Assembly (NCBI GenBank): GCA_963793425.1
Contig: CAWCAG010000007.1
Coordinates: 416,001-480,000, forward strand
Direction of reading: 5' to 3'
From: an uncultured cyanobacterium
GTDB lineage: Bacteria; Cyanobacteriota; Cyanobacteriia; Cyanobacteriales; CAWCAG01
Length of the DNA stretch: 64,000 nt
A model generated the notes under the pieces. That model was not told the DNA's origin. It searched no databases and saw only the letters and a list, made by a program, of their open reading frames with translations. A program made the translations under genes and the position numbers. Shown here one piece after another: positions 37,395 through 46,442 of the stretch; the stretch's first letter is position 1; every line of letters starts with the position of its first letter.

Positions 37395-37826
37395 CTAAGG
37401 CATTTCACACAAAGCCCAATACTTATTCAAGGTTGCCATCACTTCAGCAAACTTAGAAAAAGTTACGGGTTTGAGAATATAGCCTGCTACATTTAAGTTG
37501 TAAGCTTCAACTCTGTCTCTATCTTCGTCAGAAGTAGTCAAGACAATCACAGGAATCAATTTTAATTTAGGGTCTTCCCTAAGTATGTGCAGGAACTCCA
37601 AGCCGTTCATTTTTGGCATATTCAAATCAAGTAGAACTAATCGGCGATTTTCAGGGACTTTTGCTGGTTGACTTTCTTGAGGACGCAACATTTTAAGAGC
37701 GTCTAAACCATTGCCGGCAATATAGAGAGGATTAGAGATGTTGCTTTTTTTAAACGCTCGTTTAATATTCATCACATCCACTTCATCGTCTTCTACAAGC
37801 AGGAAGTTAATAATCCGGTCTTCCAT
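37395..37826 (-). CDS. Single-domain response regulator (Rcp1-like)
   Basis: LLVEDD, LLDLNMP, VLTTS, YILKP. Confidence 0.92.
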   Translation of the reverse strand: MEDRIINFLLVEDDEVDVMNIKRAFKKSNISNPLYIAGNGLDALKMLRPQESQPAKVPENRRLVLLDLNMPKMNGLEFLHILREDPKLKLIPVIVLTTSDEDRDRVEAYNLNVAGYILKPVTFSKFAEVMATLNKYWALCEMP

Positions 37827-38030
37827 AAGTCTAATCAACCAAGTTTACTTGACCATTTTCAGCAAAAATGAGCAGCATTTTATACCCTGTTCAATTATTA
37901 TGAATAAACAAGGTGCAAATTTCCTCATCTCTTGGTTAGGAATTACTAAATACCCCTTTCTCTTCCTTAAGTTATAAGAAATACTCGTTTTAAAATTAAA
38001 TCACTTTCGCTATACCGAACGAAAGCCTTG

Positions 38031-38786
38031 CTAGCCATGAATAAATTGGTTTAAGGATAGCAAATTGATTTGAGGATTATCCTGAATGGATTGATGAGAA
38101 AGTTCAGTGTTATATCCCCAATCAGCTAGAAAAAGTTGTATTCCTTTTAAATCTGGTTGCTTCGCTACAGAATGGAGGGTTTTCAAACGATCTTCAACAA
38201 AACCCACTTGTTGATTATTAACAGAAAACTTAGTAATTAATTCCCGTAAGCTTTGATGTTTAGGACGCTTAACTTCTTTACCAAAAATGTTTTCCCCCGG
38301 TAAAGCAACTCCTGCCCCTTGTAGCAATTTTTGAGCGAAGCGCCCTTCTTTCGTCGTAATAATAAATAGCTGAGTAGAAGAAGCCAGAATTCGTTTAACT
38401 TGGTCTATTACCCCTGGATAGAAGCTATGCAAACCTAACCAGCCTTCTAAATCAGTTTTAATCCACTCATCCCTAACTGCATCTAGCTGTCGAGCTATTA
38501 TTGTACTATCTAACTTCTCTGAAACAACAATTTTTGCCACTACAGCAGGCCAATTAGTTGAAATTTCTGCTTCAGTAACCCCTAAAACCAATGCTCGCAA
38601 AAGCACAGGCATTTCCCAACCTGTTTCAATAACTGGCCGTAGACGATAAAAAACAGTTGCTAAATCAGTATTAGGTTGGCTTTGCCAAATCTGAGCGTAG
38701 GTTTTGCAGGTTGTTTGGAAATACTCAACTAACCCGTCACAAAGAACGCCATCAAAATCAAGAGCAAGAACTTTTACATTGATCAT
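38031..38786 (-). CDS. HAD-superfamily hydrolase
   Basis: ALDFDGV motif I, ITTK, FVEDR, LADWGYN. Confidence 0.88.
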   Translation of the reverse strand: MINVKVLALDFDGVLCDGLVEYFQTTCKTYAQIWQSQPNTDLATVFYRLRPVIETGWEMPVLLRALVLGVTEAEISTNWPAVVAKIVVSEKLDSTIIARQLDAVRDEWIKTDLEGWLGLHSFYPGVIDQVKRILASSTQLFIITTKEGRFAQKLLQGAGVALPGENIFGKEVKRPKHQSLRELITKFSVNNQQVGFVEDRLKTLHSVAKQPDLKGIQLFLADWGYNTELSHQSIQDNPQINLLSLNQFIHG

Positions 38787-38840
38787 TTATCGTTATTCGC
38801 GTAAGCGTTGCCGCAGGCTACATTGATCATTTTTACACAG

Positions 38841-38867
38841 CAAAGGCACAGCTAAGCTGTGCCTTTG
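38841..38867. terminator. Perfect 12-bp hairpin downstream of tRNA-Gln
   Basis: CAAAGGCACAGC-taa-GCTGTGCCTTTG. Confidence 0.7.
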
Positions 38868-38883
38868 TTTTTCGATATTTATG

Positions 38884-38955
38884 CTGGGGTGCTAGGGATC
38901 GAACCTAGGAATGGCGAGACCAAAACCCGCTGCCTTACCGCTTGGCGACACCCCA
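38884..38955 (-). tRNA. trnQ: tRNA-Gln(TTG)
   Basis: Minus strand TGGGGTG...GCGGG-TT-TTG-GT-CTCGC...CTAGG-TTCGATC-CCTAG-CACCCCA cloverleaf. Confidence 0.95.
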
Positions 38956-39032
38956 ATGAATGTACCTTTGTTATTGTAACAACTGTTGCCTAGAAATTGT
39001 CAAGTAGTTTTTGTCGGAAAACAAAAAATAGT

Positions 39033-39061
39033 AAACCCCCTTGCGATAACAAGGGAGGTTT
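39033..39061 (-). terminator. Hairpin downstream of hli
   Basis: AAACC-CCCTTG-cgataa-CAAGGG-a-GGTTT, with an A-rich run on the + strand side. Confidence 0.6.
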
Positions 39062-39093
39062 CACGTTCGCAATCTCTACTCTAAAGCTAGAAA

Positions 39094-39243
39094 TTACATG
39101 ATACCTAGCTGAGAGAGAATTCCTTGTCCGGTGAGAAGTTCGGTCAAAATACCAATAGTGAAACCCAGCATAGCTAGGCGGCCATTCCAGGTTTCAGCAA
39201 CGTTGGTAAAGCCAAATTTGTTGGTTACTTGTTGTTCTGTCAT
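39094..39243 (-). CDS. hli: High-light-inducible protein (Hli/Scp)
   Basis: GFT..AETWNGRLAMLGF chlorophyll-binding motif; 49 aa from the ATG at 39243. Confidence 0.95.
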   Translation of the reverse strand: MTEQQVTNKFGFTNVAETWNGRLAMLGFTIGILTELLTGQGILSQLGIM

Positions 39244-39287
39244 ATCTAAACCTTCGTTAGTTGCCTTAATGTTCTTTTCGTCAATCT

Positions 39288-39305
39288 TATGTAATTTAAT
39301 GTAAC
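39288..39305 (-). promoter_or_regulatory. HLR1 (RpaB-binding) direct repeat upstream of hli
   Basis: Minus strand GTTACATT-aa-ATTACATA fits the (G/T)TTACA(T/A)(T/A)-N2 repeat known at hli promoters (one mismatch). Confidence 0.75.
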
Positions 39306-39526
39306 GCAATTAAAAATATATTGCAACATTTCTTTATTATTTATAGGTCAGATTGTGATAAGTACTGGTAGACAGATAGTTTTTCTCGGTCAATTTACAA
39401 TTTCCGACCAACCTGCTAATCTTATTAACCCAAGAAACATAAATAACTCACCTGACGACTTGTAACTTGCTCGATAAATAAAGACTAAGTAGAACCCATA
39501 GATTTGAGATCAACGTTTAATTGTCA

Positions 39527-40798
39527 ATGAAAAAAATCAACCCTTCCAGTACAACTAGCTTAATCGCACTTTCTTGTGCTGTAGTCTCTTTGGCATTAGG
39601 AACATTACAGCCATCTTCAGCCCAAGTAGAAGATGCCCCAGAAATCCCCACCATAGAAATAGAAGTTCCGCTTCCTGAAATTACGCCCCCCTCAGATATT
39701 GCCTCTCCTAACACTAAAGAAGTTAACTTCAACCAACCAATCCCTTTGGATATTGACCAAACCAGTAATGTCTTGGATATTCGCGGAGTAGGGGATTCTG
39801 GCATGGCTCTCACCTACAAACAGCCCCTAAATTTGAATCAAACCTTACCAGGAAACAATGGTGGTGGTTTCGCTGATTTTGGTAAGCGTCTTGATGCTTT
39901 GGATTCTACAGGAAAATCTTATCGTGGGGACTTATCCTTCATTAATTGGGAAACCGTAGTTGGCACTCGCTGCAATAGCTTTCGGGGTCGTCCTAGCCGC
40001 AGTTCCTATGCTTTTATGTCTCACCCAGATAACTTAGTAGAAGCTTATAAGCGAGGTTTCAATCTCATTGGTTTAGCCAACAACCATAGTTGGGACTGTC
40101 CTTCTGCTGCTAATGGTAAAAACGGTGCTTTAGCATCCGCAGAAAGTATGCAACGTCTTACTCAAGAAATGGGAGCAAACTGGCTTTGGCACGGCGTTGG
40201 GCAACAGAAGAATGTTGCTAAGGTAACAACTATGATGGTTGATGAGCGTCCTGTCAAAGTTGCTTTCGCCAGCCTTTATATGGGAGGGGCTTGCACTTAT
40301 ATCACCTGCGTTAGTGATAAGAATGCTGTACTAAAATCCCTGCGAGATGCCAACGCAGACATTCGCATTTTGGCAATGCACAGTTGGAACTCTGCAACCC
40401 AAAGTCAACTGGTTGGTGTGGGTAAAGACTTTATCCGTAACTACAATGGAGATATTGTTTTTGGCCATGGGCCCCATGTTTGGGCCCCGGTACAAGTTGT
40501 TCCCAAAGCTAATGGCAAAAAAGGGGTGATGTTTGAAAGTTTAGGTAACTTCGTTCATCCCAACTTAGCAGCGAAAAGAAAAGATATCATCGGCAGGGTG
40601 TTGTTAGATTTAGATACCTTAGAGATACGCCAAGTACAGGTTATACCTTTAAAGGTTGATGCAGCTAACGCTTCTTTTAATGGCGCTCTTAGCCCCACTA
40701 GCGTACCAACCAGGGGTTTCAGTTGGACAACTATTAATAGTACGGAATGGAAAAGTGGTGTTTCTGGGGTGACAGGGGCTTTTTATAATCTTCAGTAG
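39527..40798 (+). CDS. Secreted CapA-family metallophosphoesterase-fold protein
   Basis: Signal peptide; VGD, INWET, LANNHSWD, MHSW, GHGPHV, SLGNF. Confidence 0.85.
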   Translation: MKKINPSSTTSLIALSCAVVSLALGTLQPSSAQVEDAPEIPTIEIEVPLPEITPPSDIASPNTKEVNFNQPIPLDIDQTSNVLDIRGVGDSGMALTYKQPLNLNQTLPGNNGGGFADFGKRLDALDSTGKSYRGDLSFINWETVVGTRCNSFRGRPSRSSYAFMSHPDNLVEAYKRGFNLIGLANNHSWDCPSAANGKNGALASAESMQRLTQEMGANWLWHGVGQQKNVAKVTTMMVDERPVKVAFASLYMGGACTYITCVSDKNAVLKSLRDANADIRILAMHSWNSATQSQLVGVGKDFIRNYNGDIVFGHGPHVWAPVQVVPKANGKKGVMFESLGNFVHPNLAAKRKDIIGRVLLDLDTLEIRQVQVIPLKVDAANASFNGALSPTSVPTRGFSWTTINSTEWKSGVSGVTGAFYNLQ

Positions 40799-40857
40799 TT
40801 GGATGAAAAACGCAAGATGGTTTGGGACGAAGGCATAACTCCTATCCTCTTTAGAAG

Positions 40858-41916
40858 CTAGCATTCTGTTAAGATAGCATCATCTAATTCTTGAGAACGA
40901 GCAGATTTTGCCCCAGAAGCAATTTCATGCCAAGTCCAGCCATCGTTTTGCACAAATGCTAACAACAAGCGGCGGCGTTTGATAAGTTGTTGCATGGCGA
41001 CAGCAAACTCTCGTTCACTTACTACAGGTATACCATTGCTTTTTAATGGTTCTAAGGCAGGAAATTCTGGTAATTCTGATGCAGGCTCAATGTATGCTGA
41101 ATCAAGGACTTTTAAAAAAGCTGCATTGGCACGACGGGCGGTTTCTAGGGCAATAGGATCTGGTCTGGAAGATTTGGCAACCCCATATTGCAACAAAGTT
41201 AGAGCTTCATCAAGAGAAGCAAGACTCAAAGCCATAGAGCGAGAACTTTCTACACTGTGGAAATAGTGTAACACCGGGAAAGTTAAATACTTAACCCCTA
41301 AAGAAGTAATTATAGAACTTAGGGCAATAAGGTGTTGGTCAAACTGACCGAAATCTTTTCCATTCCAAGCACGGGCAATAATTTCTTCCGCACTTCCTCC
41401 CAAAGAGCTAATATACATAGCCGTAGAGTATTTTTGTGCTACAGCAGCAACCACAGAGAGGACATAGGCTAAAGCAAGGGTGACCAGGAAAAAGCCGTTA
41501 GCTGAAGCAATGGCAGCCGCCATTTGCCAAGTAAAGCCCAGGGGCTTGAAGTTACCCATGCCAAGGGTAGAAAGGGTATAACCGACAAAGTAAATTCTAT
41601 CTTGATTATTGGCTGGTATTTCAGTCGCTGCATTAACTACGGCTTTGTCAACAGCACAAAATATTAAACTCCACCCTACCCAAGTAGCTACAAACCAAAG
41701 CATGACAATAGCAACTGAAATAAGAGAGCCTGTCAGGGCAAGTAAGCGATGCCGGGAACGATTACCACCGTGGAAACGTAGCGCTAAGTGCCAGACCCCA
41801 CTAGACAACCTACTGGTTAAGGGGCCGCCACCACCTACGGTTAAAATTGTGACCAAAACATCTACAGTAATGTAAGTAAGAATTAATAAGCCTGCAATAG
41901 TTAGAAATACTGCCAT
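40858..41916 (-). CDS. Ion_trans_2 / potassium-channel-like membrane protein
   Basis: TM helices flanking the pore helix YFVGYTLSTLGMGNF; FPVLHYF. Confidence 0.8.
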   Translation of the reverse strand: MAVFLTIAGLLILTYITVDVLVTILTVGGGGPLTSRLSSGVWHLALRFHGGNRSRHRLLALTGSLISVAIVMLWFVATWVGWSLIFCAVDKAVVNAATEIPANNQDRIYFVGYTLSTLGMGNFKPLGFTWQMAAAIASANGFFLVTLALAYVLSVVAAVAQKYSTAMYISSLGGSAEEIIARAWNGKDFGQFDQHLIALSSIITSLGVKYLTFPVLHYFHSVESSRSMALSLASLDEALTLLQYGVAKSSRPDPIALETARRANAAFLKVLDSAYIEPASELPEFPALEPLKSNGIPVVSEREFAVAMQQLIKRRRLLLAFVQNDGWTWHEIASGAKSARSQELDDAILTEC

Positions 41917-41954
41917 AGGAAACTAGTAGTTTGTTAATTTCTAGAGGGTAAAAC

Positions 41955-41984
41955 AAAAAAGGGATACAAACTCGTTGTATCCCT
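41955..41984 (-). terminator. Terminator of the BON-domain gene
   Basis: GGGATACAA / TTGTATCCC stem with an A6 run (U-tail on the minus strand). Confidence 0.75.
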
Positions 41985-42009
41985 ATGGCAAATAGATGAT
42001 TGTTTTTAG

Positions 42010-42462
42010 TTATTCTTCTGTAGGTGGAACAACATCAACATCTACAGTGACAGTTTTGACACCTTTGATTTCTTTAGCTAAAGATTCAATGGTTTCAGAT
42101 TCTTTTTGGTCGGGGACTGTCCCTGCGACAGTAACTGCCCCTTCTTCTGCTGCGACAGTTAGTTTACCTCTAGGAATATTGGCTTCTAATTTAGCTCTGA
42201 CTTCGCTTTCAAGATCGGAGTCCGCTCTTTCAAGCTCGTCCCCAGCTAAGTTATTTCTTTCTTCCCTAGCTTTGATATCTGCATTGAGCTGATCTTGCCG
42301 AATTTCGCTTGCTGCGTCTTCGTTTGTCTCTTCAACGTCTTGAGGATCTTCTGCCTCTTCGGTTACTGTGTCAGGAGCATCAGCACTAGTCCTAGCATTA
42401 GTACAAGCAACTCCACCTATTAAGAGTAAGCTGCTGAGTAAAAGCAGAGTTAGTTTTTGCAT
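42010..42462 (-). CDS. BON-domain lipoprotein
   Basis: Lipobox GVAC; C-terminal BON domain (VTVAGTV, IKGVKTV). Confidence 0.88.
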   Translation of the reverse strand: MQKLTLLLLSSLLLIGGVACTNARTSADAPDTVTEEAEDPQDVEETNEDAASEIRQDQLNADIKAREERNNLAGDELERADSDLESEVRAKLEANIPRGKLTVAAEEGAVTVAGTVPDQKESETIESLAKEIKGVKTVTVDVDVVPPTEE

Positions 42463-42503
42463 AGTTTGTGATTCCTTTAAATTTAATATAGATGTTTACC
42501 AAA

Positions 42504-43220
42504 TTAGCGTCTAGAAGTGTCATCTCTGCGATCAACAATTACTACTTCTGGGTCGGCATCGGTAGAAGCAATAGTCTCAGCAGTAGTGGTAGTTGGAGTG
42601 GTAGTTGGAGTGGTAGTCCGAGCCGTTGTGGTAGTAGCAGTTCCTTTTTCGGCTAAATCTGGTGCATCGTATATACCCCACTCTTGGATACCACCGTCGC
42701 TTAGGGTTTTCTCTGCTAAACGTACTGATGCTAAAGGTCCACTAACCATCACTAAATAATGACCTTGGGATACGCGATCGCTATAAACTTTTGCTCTCTC
42801 TTCAGGGATGCCTAAACCAATCAAGCCTCCTAGTAAGCCTCCAGCCGCAGCACCAATAGCTGTTCCAGCCAAAGTTGTGGCGATTGCTGTTGCTTCAGCA
42901 CCAGCTAAAAGAATAGGACCAACCAGAGGTATAGTCAAAGCCCCTAAACCAACAAGTAAACCTGCTGCTGTTCCTAAAGCACCTCCCGTTAATGCCCCAG
43001 CAGTGGCCCCTTCATCTGCTTTGTTGCCAACTGCTTTTTCATGGACATCAGCCCCAGCGATGCTATCACCTGATTCTGAGTCTCTCACAATTACAGAAAC
43101 TCGGTTCATATCAAAGCCTGCATCTTTGAGGGCATGAAGCGCTCTTTCTGTCTCTGCGCGAGTATTAAAGATGCCTACAGCACGCTTATAATCTTGAGAA
43201 TGAAGGGTTCCGCTAGTCAT
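42504..43220 (-). CDS. General stress protein (YflT/17M-like) with glycine-zipper hairpin and Thr-rich tail
   Basis: RAVGIF..R..E.AL..L...GF, GA.AG..GG, LGIPEERAK.Y, G.YLV.V. Confidence 0.82.
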   Translation of the reverse strand: MTSGTLHSQDYKRAVGIFNTRAETERALHALKDAGFDMNRVSVIVRDSESGDSIAGADVHEKAVGNKADEGATAGALTGGALGTAAGLLVGLGALTIPLVGPILLAGAEATAIATTLAGTAIGAAAGGLLGGLIGLGIPEERAKVYSDRVSQGHYLVMVSGPLASVRLAEKTLSDGGIQEWGIYDAPDLAEKGTATTTTARTTTPTTTPTTTTAETIASTDADPEVVIVDRRDDTSRR

Positions 43221-43649
43221 AAATTTATATCTCCTTATTGCCGAAATTTAGCTAAATCCGGCATTGCTGAATCAATCTCCTTGAAACTAAGCAATGCCCC
43301 TTGTCTTACATTGTGCTGGGTTTATGCTCATCTTTCCTCTATCCCAGAACAAGTCTTTCTACTGTACCAAAAGAGATAATTACTATTACCAACAACGGGG
43401 CTATCTACTACTTATGTATTAAAGTACCTTTTCCTTTCTACCTATTAAGTCTTAATTGTTGTATTTATAGCCGATTTTTAACTTTAGTTTTTAAATACAT
43501 TCAAACACAATTTCATGAAGGCTAAATAAAAGTTTTTGCTCCTAAAGAAGTAGTTACTTATTTAGCAGTGATATTTCGTTAGATGGACAAATAAAAAGCC
43601 TAACTTCGCTAATATAATAATGTAGCTAGCGAAGAAGAAGAAAAACAAA

Positions 43650-44474
43650 ATGGCTCTTAGAAAATTAGCAGATTTTTACCCTAACTATAAAAAAGATATC
43701 TTTGCAGGAAGAGATATCAAAGGATACGATGTTTATGCTGGTACAACTAACGATAAGCTCGGTACAATCCATGATGCCTTAGTTGATGAATCTGGCAACT
43801 TCCGTTACATGGTTATTGATACCGGATTCTGGATTTTCGGCAAGAAAGTTCTATTACCAGTTGGTCAAGCTCGTTTCGATTATGATAATAATAAGCTTTA
43901 TGCTTTGGGTTTGACTAGTAAAGACCAAGCAGAATCTTTACCAGCTTACGATGATGATATGGTGGTTGATGCAGATTATGAAGAAACCGTAAGAAACGTT
44001 TACCGTTCTCCTAAAACCCGCAACACTACTTTCGACCGTGATAATTATAGTTATGATCGTGATGCAGAACTATATAATACTACTCCAGAAAACCACGGTA
44101 GCATTAAACTTTACGAAGAGAGATTACTAGCTGATAAAACCAGACAAAAAACTGGAGAAGTTGCTGTTGGTAAAAGAGTAGAAACAGAGACAGCAACAGC
44201 TTCAGTTCCGGTGGAAAACGAGCGAGTCGTTATAGAACGTACAACACCTAGCAACCAAACGGCTGTAACTCCTGGAGAAGCTAACTTCCAAGCCGGAGAA
44301 GTAGCGCGTATGGAAGTGTATGAAGAGAAAGCTAAGATTGGTAAAGAAGCTGTAGTTAGGGAAGAAGTTAGCGTTAGAAAAGAAGTTGATCGCGAAACCG
44401 TTACAGCAGAAGAAACTCTTCGACGGGAAGAGTTAGATGTAGATGTTGATGGTAAGCCAATTGTTAATAAATAA
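43650..44474 (+). CDS. PRC-barrel plus DUF2382 (YsnF/AvaK-like) protein
   Basis: N-terminal PRC barrel (RYMVIDTGFWIFGKKVLLPVG); LYEERL..K...TGEV.VGKRV and VREEV DUF2382 motifs. Confidence 0.88.
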   Translation: MALRKLADFYPNYKKDIFAGRDIKGYDVYAGTTNDKLGTIHDALVDESGNFRYMVIDTGFWIFGKKVLLPVGQARFDYDNNKLYALGLTSKDQAESLPAYDDDMVVDADYEETVRNVYRSPKTRNTTFDRDNYSYDRDAELYNTTPENHGSIKLYEERLLADKTRQKTGEVAVGKRVETETATASVPVENERVVIERTTPSNQTAVTPGEANFQAGEVARMEVYEEKAKIGKEAVVREEVSVRKEVDRETVTAEETLRREELDVDVDGKPIVNK

Positions 44475-44512
44475 AACCTTGGCTTTGACCTCATTGTAAA
44501 TAAGGTTTATTG

Positions 44513-44557
44513 AGTACAGGTTAAGCATTATTTTTAAAATGCTCAACCTGTACTTTT
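44513..44557 (+). terminator. Terminator between the two DUF2382 genes
   Basis: AGTACAGGTTAAGCATT...AATGCTCAACCTGTACT followed by TTT. Confidence 0.75.
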
Positions 44558-44588
44558 CAGGATCTAAATAAAATCAACTAAAATAAAT

Positions 44589-45317
44589 ATGAATAGTCAA
44601 AACTATCTCAAAACTACAGCAAAGGATAAAACCCTAGCTAAGTTAAAGGGGTTGCTTAAGGATTTTGATCTTCAAGATATCGAAGGTAATATCGTTGGTA
44701 AAGTACGAGATGTAGAAAGGAATGCTAAGGGAAGCTTGAATTTAGTTATTTCTCAGCTTCACGACCAACAAACTAGCGAAGATAATCTATTTATTTTAAA
44801 TAGCAAATACGTTAAAAAAATTCAGCTTGCTAGCGAATCTCTTTTAATCGAAACTAATCCTCAACTAGAGCCTTACCAACTTAATGGTGGTAGTGCAGAA
44901 GAGATTAATGAAGAAGGTAAAGAAGTCGTTGACGAAGCCATTATTCGCTTGCTTGAAGAAAGATTAGTTGTCGAGCGTACTAAACATAAAGTTGGCGAAG
45001 TGGTCATGCGTAAAGAAATCGGTACTCGCATGATACAAGTCCCAGTACGCTGGGAAAAACTAATTGTTGAGCAAGTTGAACCAAGTTATAAACAATTAGC
45101 CGAAATAGATTTAGCCGAAGGAGAAGTTACTGAAGAAATAGCTTCAGTTGCTACAGTAGAAGGGAAGTTTCTTTCTCCCCAAGCAGCTAGTGATCTTTTA
45201 GAAACTATAGCAATGCAAACACCTCATGGTTGTGCCAGCATTAAAGTCGAAATTATCTTAGATAATCCTCAACTCCAAGAGAAATATCAGACTATGTTTA
45301 ATCTTTGTACTAAGTAA
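44589..45317 (+). CDS. DUF2382 (YsnF/AvaK) domain protein
   Basis: IRLLEERLVV.R.K.KVGEVV.RKEI, VPVRWEKLIVE. Confidence 0.82.
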   Translation: MNSQNYLKTTAKDKTLAKLKGLLKDFDLQDIEGNIVGKVRDVERNAKGSLNLVISQLHDQQTSEDNLFILNSKYVKKIQLASESLLIETNPQLEPYQLNGGSAEEINEEGKEVVDEAIIRLLEERLVVERTKHKVGEVVMRKEIGTRMIQVPVRWEKLIVEQVEPSYKQLAEIDLAEGEVTEEIASVATVEGKFLSPQAASDLLETIAMQTPHGCASIKVEIILDNPQLQEKYQTMFNLCTK

Positions 45318-45328
45318 AGGTAAAGTCA

Positions 45329-46117
45329 ATGTGGGTAGAAAAGTTAGCTCGACTTGGTTATATAGTTAAGGGGGGTGTTTATGGCTTAATTGGTATTTTA
45401 GCCGTACAAGCTGCCCTTTCTTCCGGAGGCAAAACTACTGACTCTAAAGGTGCTATCCGTACCATCGCAGCTCAACCCTTTGGTAAAATACTGTTAATCG
45501 CAGTGGCGATCGGTTTATTTGGTTACGCCCTTTGGCGGCTAGTGGAAGCGATTGAAGACCCAGAAAATTCGGGAAAACCAGAAGCAAAAGATATTATTAA
45601 ACGTATTGGCTATTTTATTAGCAGTTTAATTTATGGGGCTTTAGCTTTTGATGCAGGGCGTATTGCTTTGAGTGCAGGAGGAGGCGGCGGTGGCAAGTCA
45701 AAGGCAGAATGGACAGCCATCGTTATGCAAAAGCCTTTTGGTCGTTGGTTGATAGGAACAATTGGTGCAATTATTATTGGGGTAGGTGTTTATCGGTTGT
45801 ACCATGCTTTTAAGGTTAAATTTCGCAAACGCCTTGATTTAAGTGAATTGAGTTCCACTGAAGAATCTTGGGTAATTAATATTAGCCGTTTTGGTATTGC
45901 AGCTAGAGGCGTGGTGTTTTTACTTATTGGCGGTTTCCTCATTCGCGCTGCTAAGCAATTCGATCCTAATGAAGTTAAAGGACTCGACGGTATTCTACAA
46001 ACTATTGCTCAACAACCTTTTGGTAAATTTCTCTTGCTGCTGGTAGCCCTTGGTTTAGTTGCTTATGGCGCTTATCTTTGGGTACAAGCGAGATATCGCC
46101 GTATCAAAACAAGTTAA
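45329..46117 (+). CDS. DUF1206 membrane protein
   Basis: LARLGY..KG.VY, three repeats each containing QPFG/KPFG. Confidence 0.88.
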   Translation: MWVEKLARLGYIVKGGVYGLIGILAVQAALSSGGKTTDSKGAIRTIAAQPFGKILLIAVAIGLFGYALWRLVEAIEDPENSGKPEAKDIIKRIGYFISSLIYGALAFDAGRIALSAGGGGGGKSKAEWTAIVMQKPFGRWLIGTIGAIIIGVGVYRLYHAFKVKFRKRLDLSELSSTEESWVINISRFGIAARGVVFLLIGGFLIRAAKQFDPNEVKGLDGILQTIAQQPFGKFLLLLVALGLVAYGAYLWVQARYRRIKTS

Positions 46118-46201
46118 ATAGGCAAGAAGCAAGAGATAAGAAAAATTTCTTTGCAAACAAAGTAACAACTTATGATATATTAAATATTCGTGGAACAAAA
46201 T

Positions 46202-46286
46202 GGGTCGATGCCCGAGTGGTTAATGGGGGCGGACTGTAAATCCGCTGGCTACGCCTACGCTGGTTCAAATCCTGCTCGGCCCACCA
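46202..46286 (+). tRNA. trnY: tRNA-Tyr(GTA), CCA encoded
   Basis: GGGTCGA acceptor stem, GCGGA-CT-GTA-AA-TCCGC anticodon arm, long variable arm, TTCAAAT loop. Confidence 0.95.
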
Positions 46287-46291
46287 CAACT

Positions 46292-46363
46292 GCCCGTATA
46301 GCTCAGTGGTAGAGCACACCCTTGGTAAGGGTGAGGTCATGAGTTCAAGTCTCATTACGGGCT
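46292..46363 (+). tRNA. trnT: tRNA-Thr(GGT)
   Basis: GCCCGTA/TACGGGC acceptor stem, CACCC-TT-GGT-AA-GGGTG; typical trnY-trnT pair. Confidence 0.95.
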
Positions 46364-46442
46364 TAGATAAGTTCTTTTAACTAGAAAAACGATAATTGAT
46401 CCCTCCGTAGTAACATCTAGATCAAAGAACTTCTAGCAAATT

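Noticed and set aside
39244..39309. Longer 71-aa version of Hli
   Set aside because: The extension runs through the HLR1 promoter element; the ATG at 39243 gives a typical Hli length.
33960..43590. Shared fuzzy palindrome (TCTAYC-N4-GRTAGA-like) in stress-gene promoters
   Set aside because: Candidate matches are too degenerate in AT-rich DNA to support by eye; a motif-discovery run is needed.
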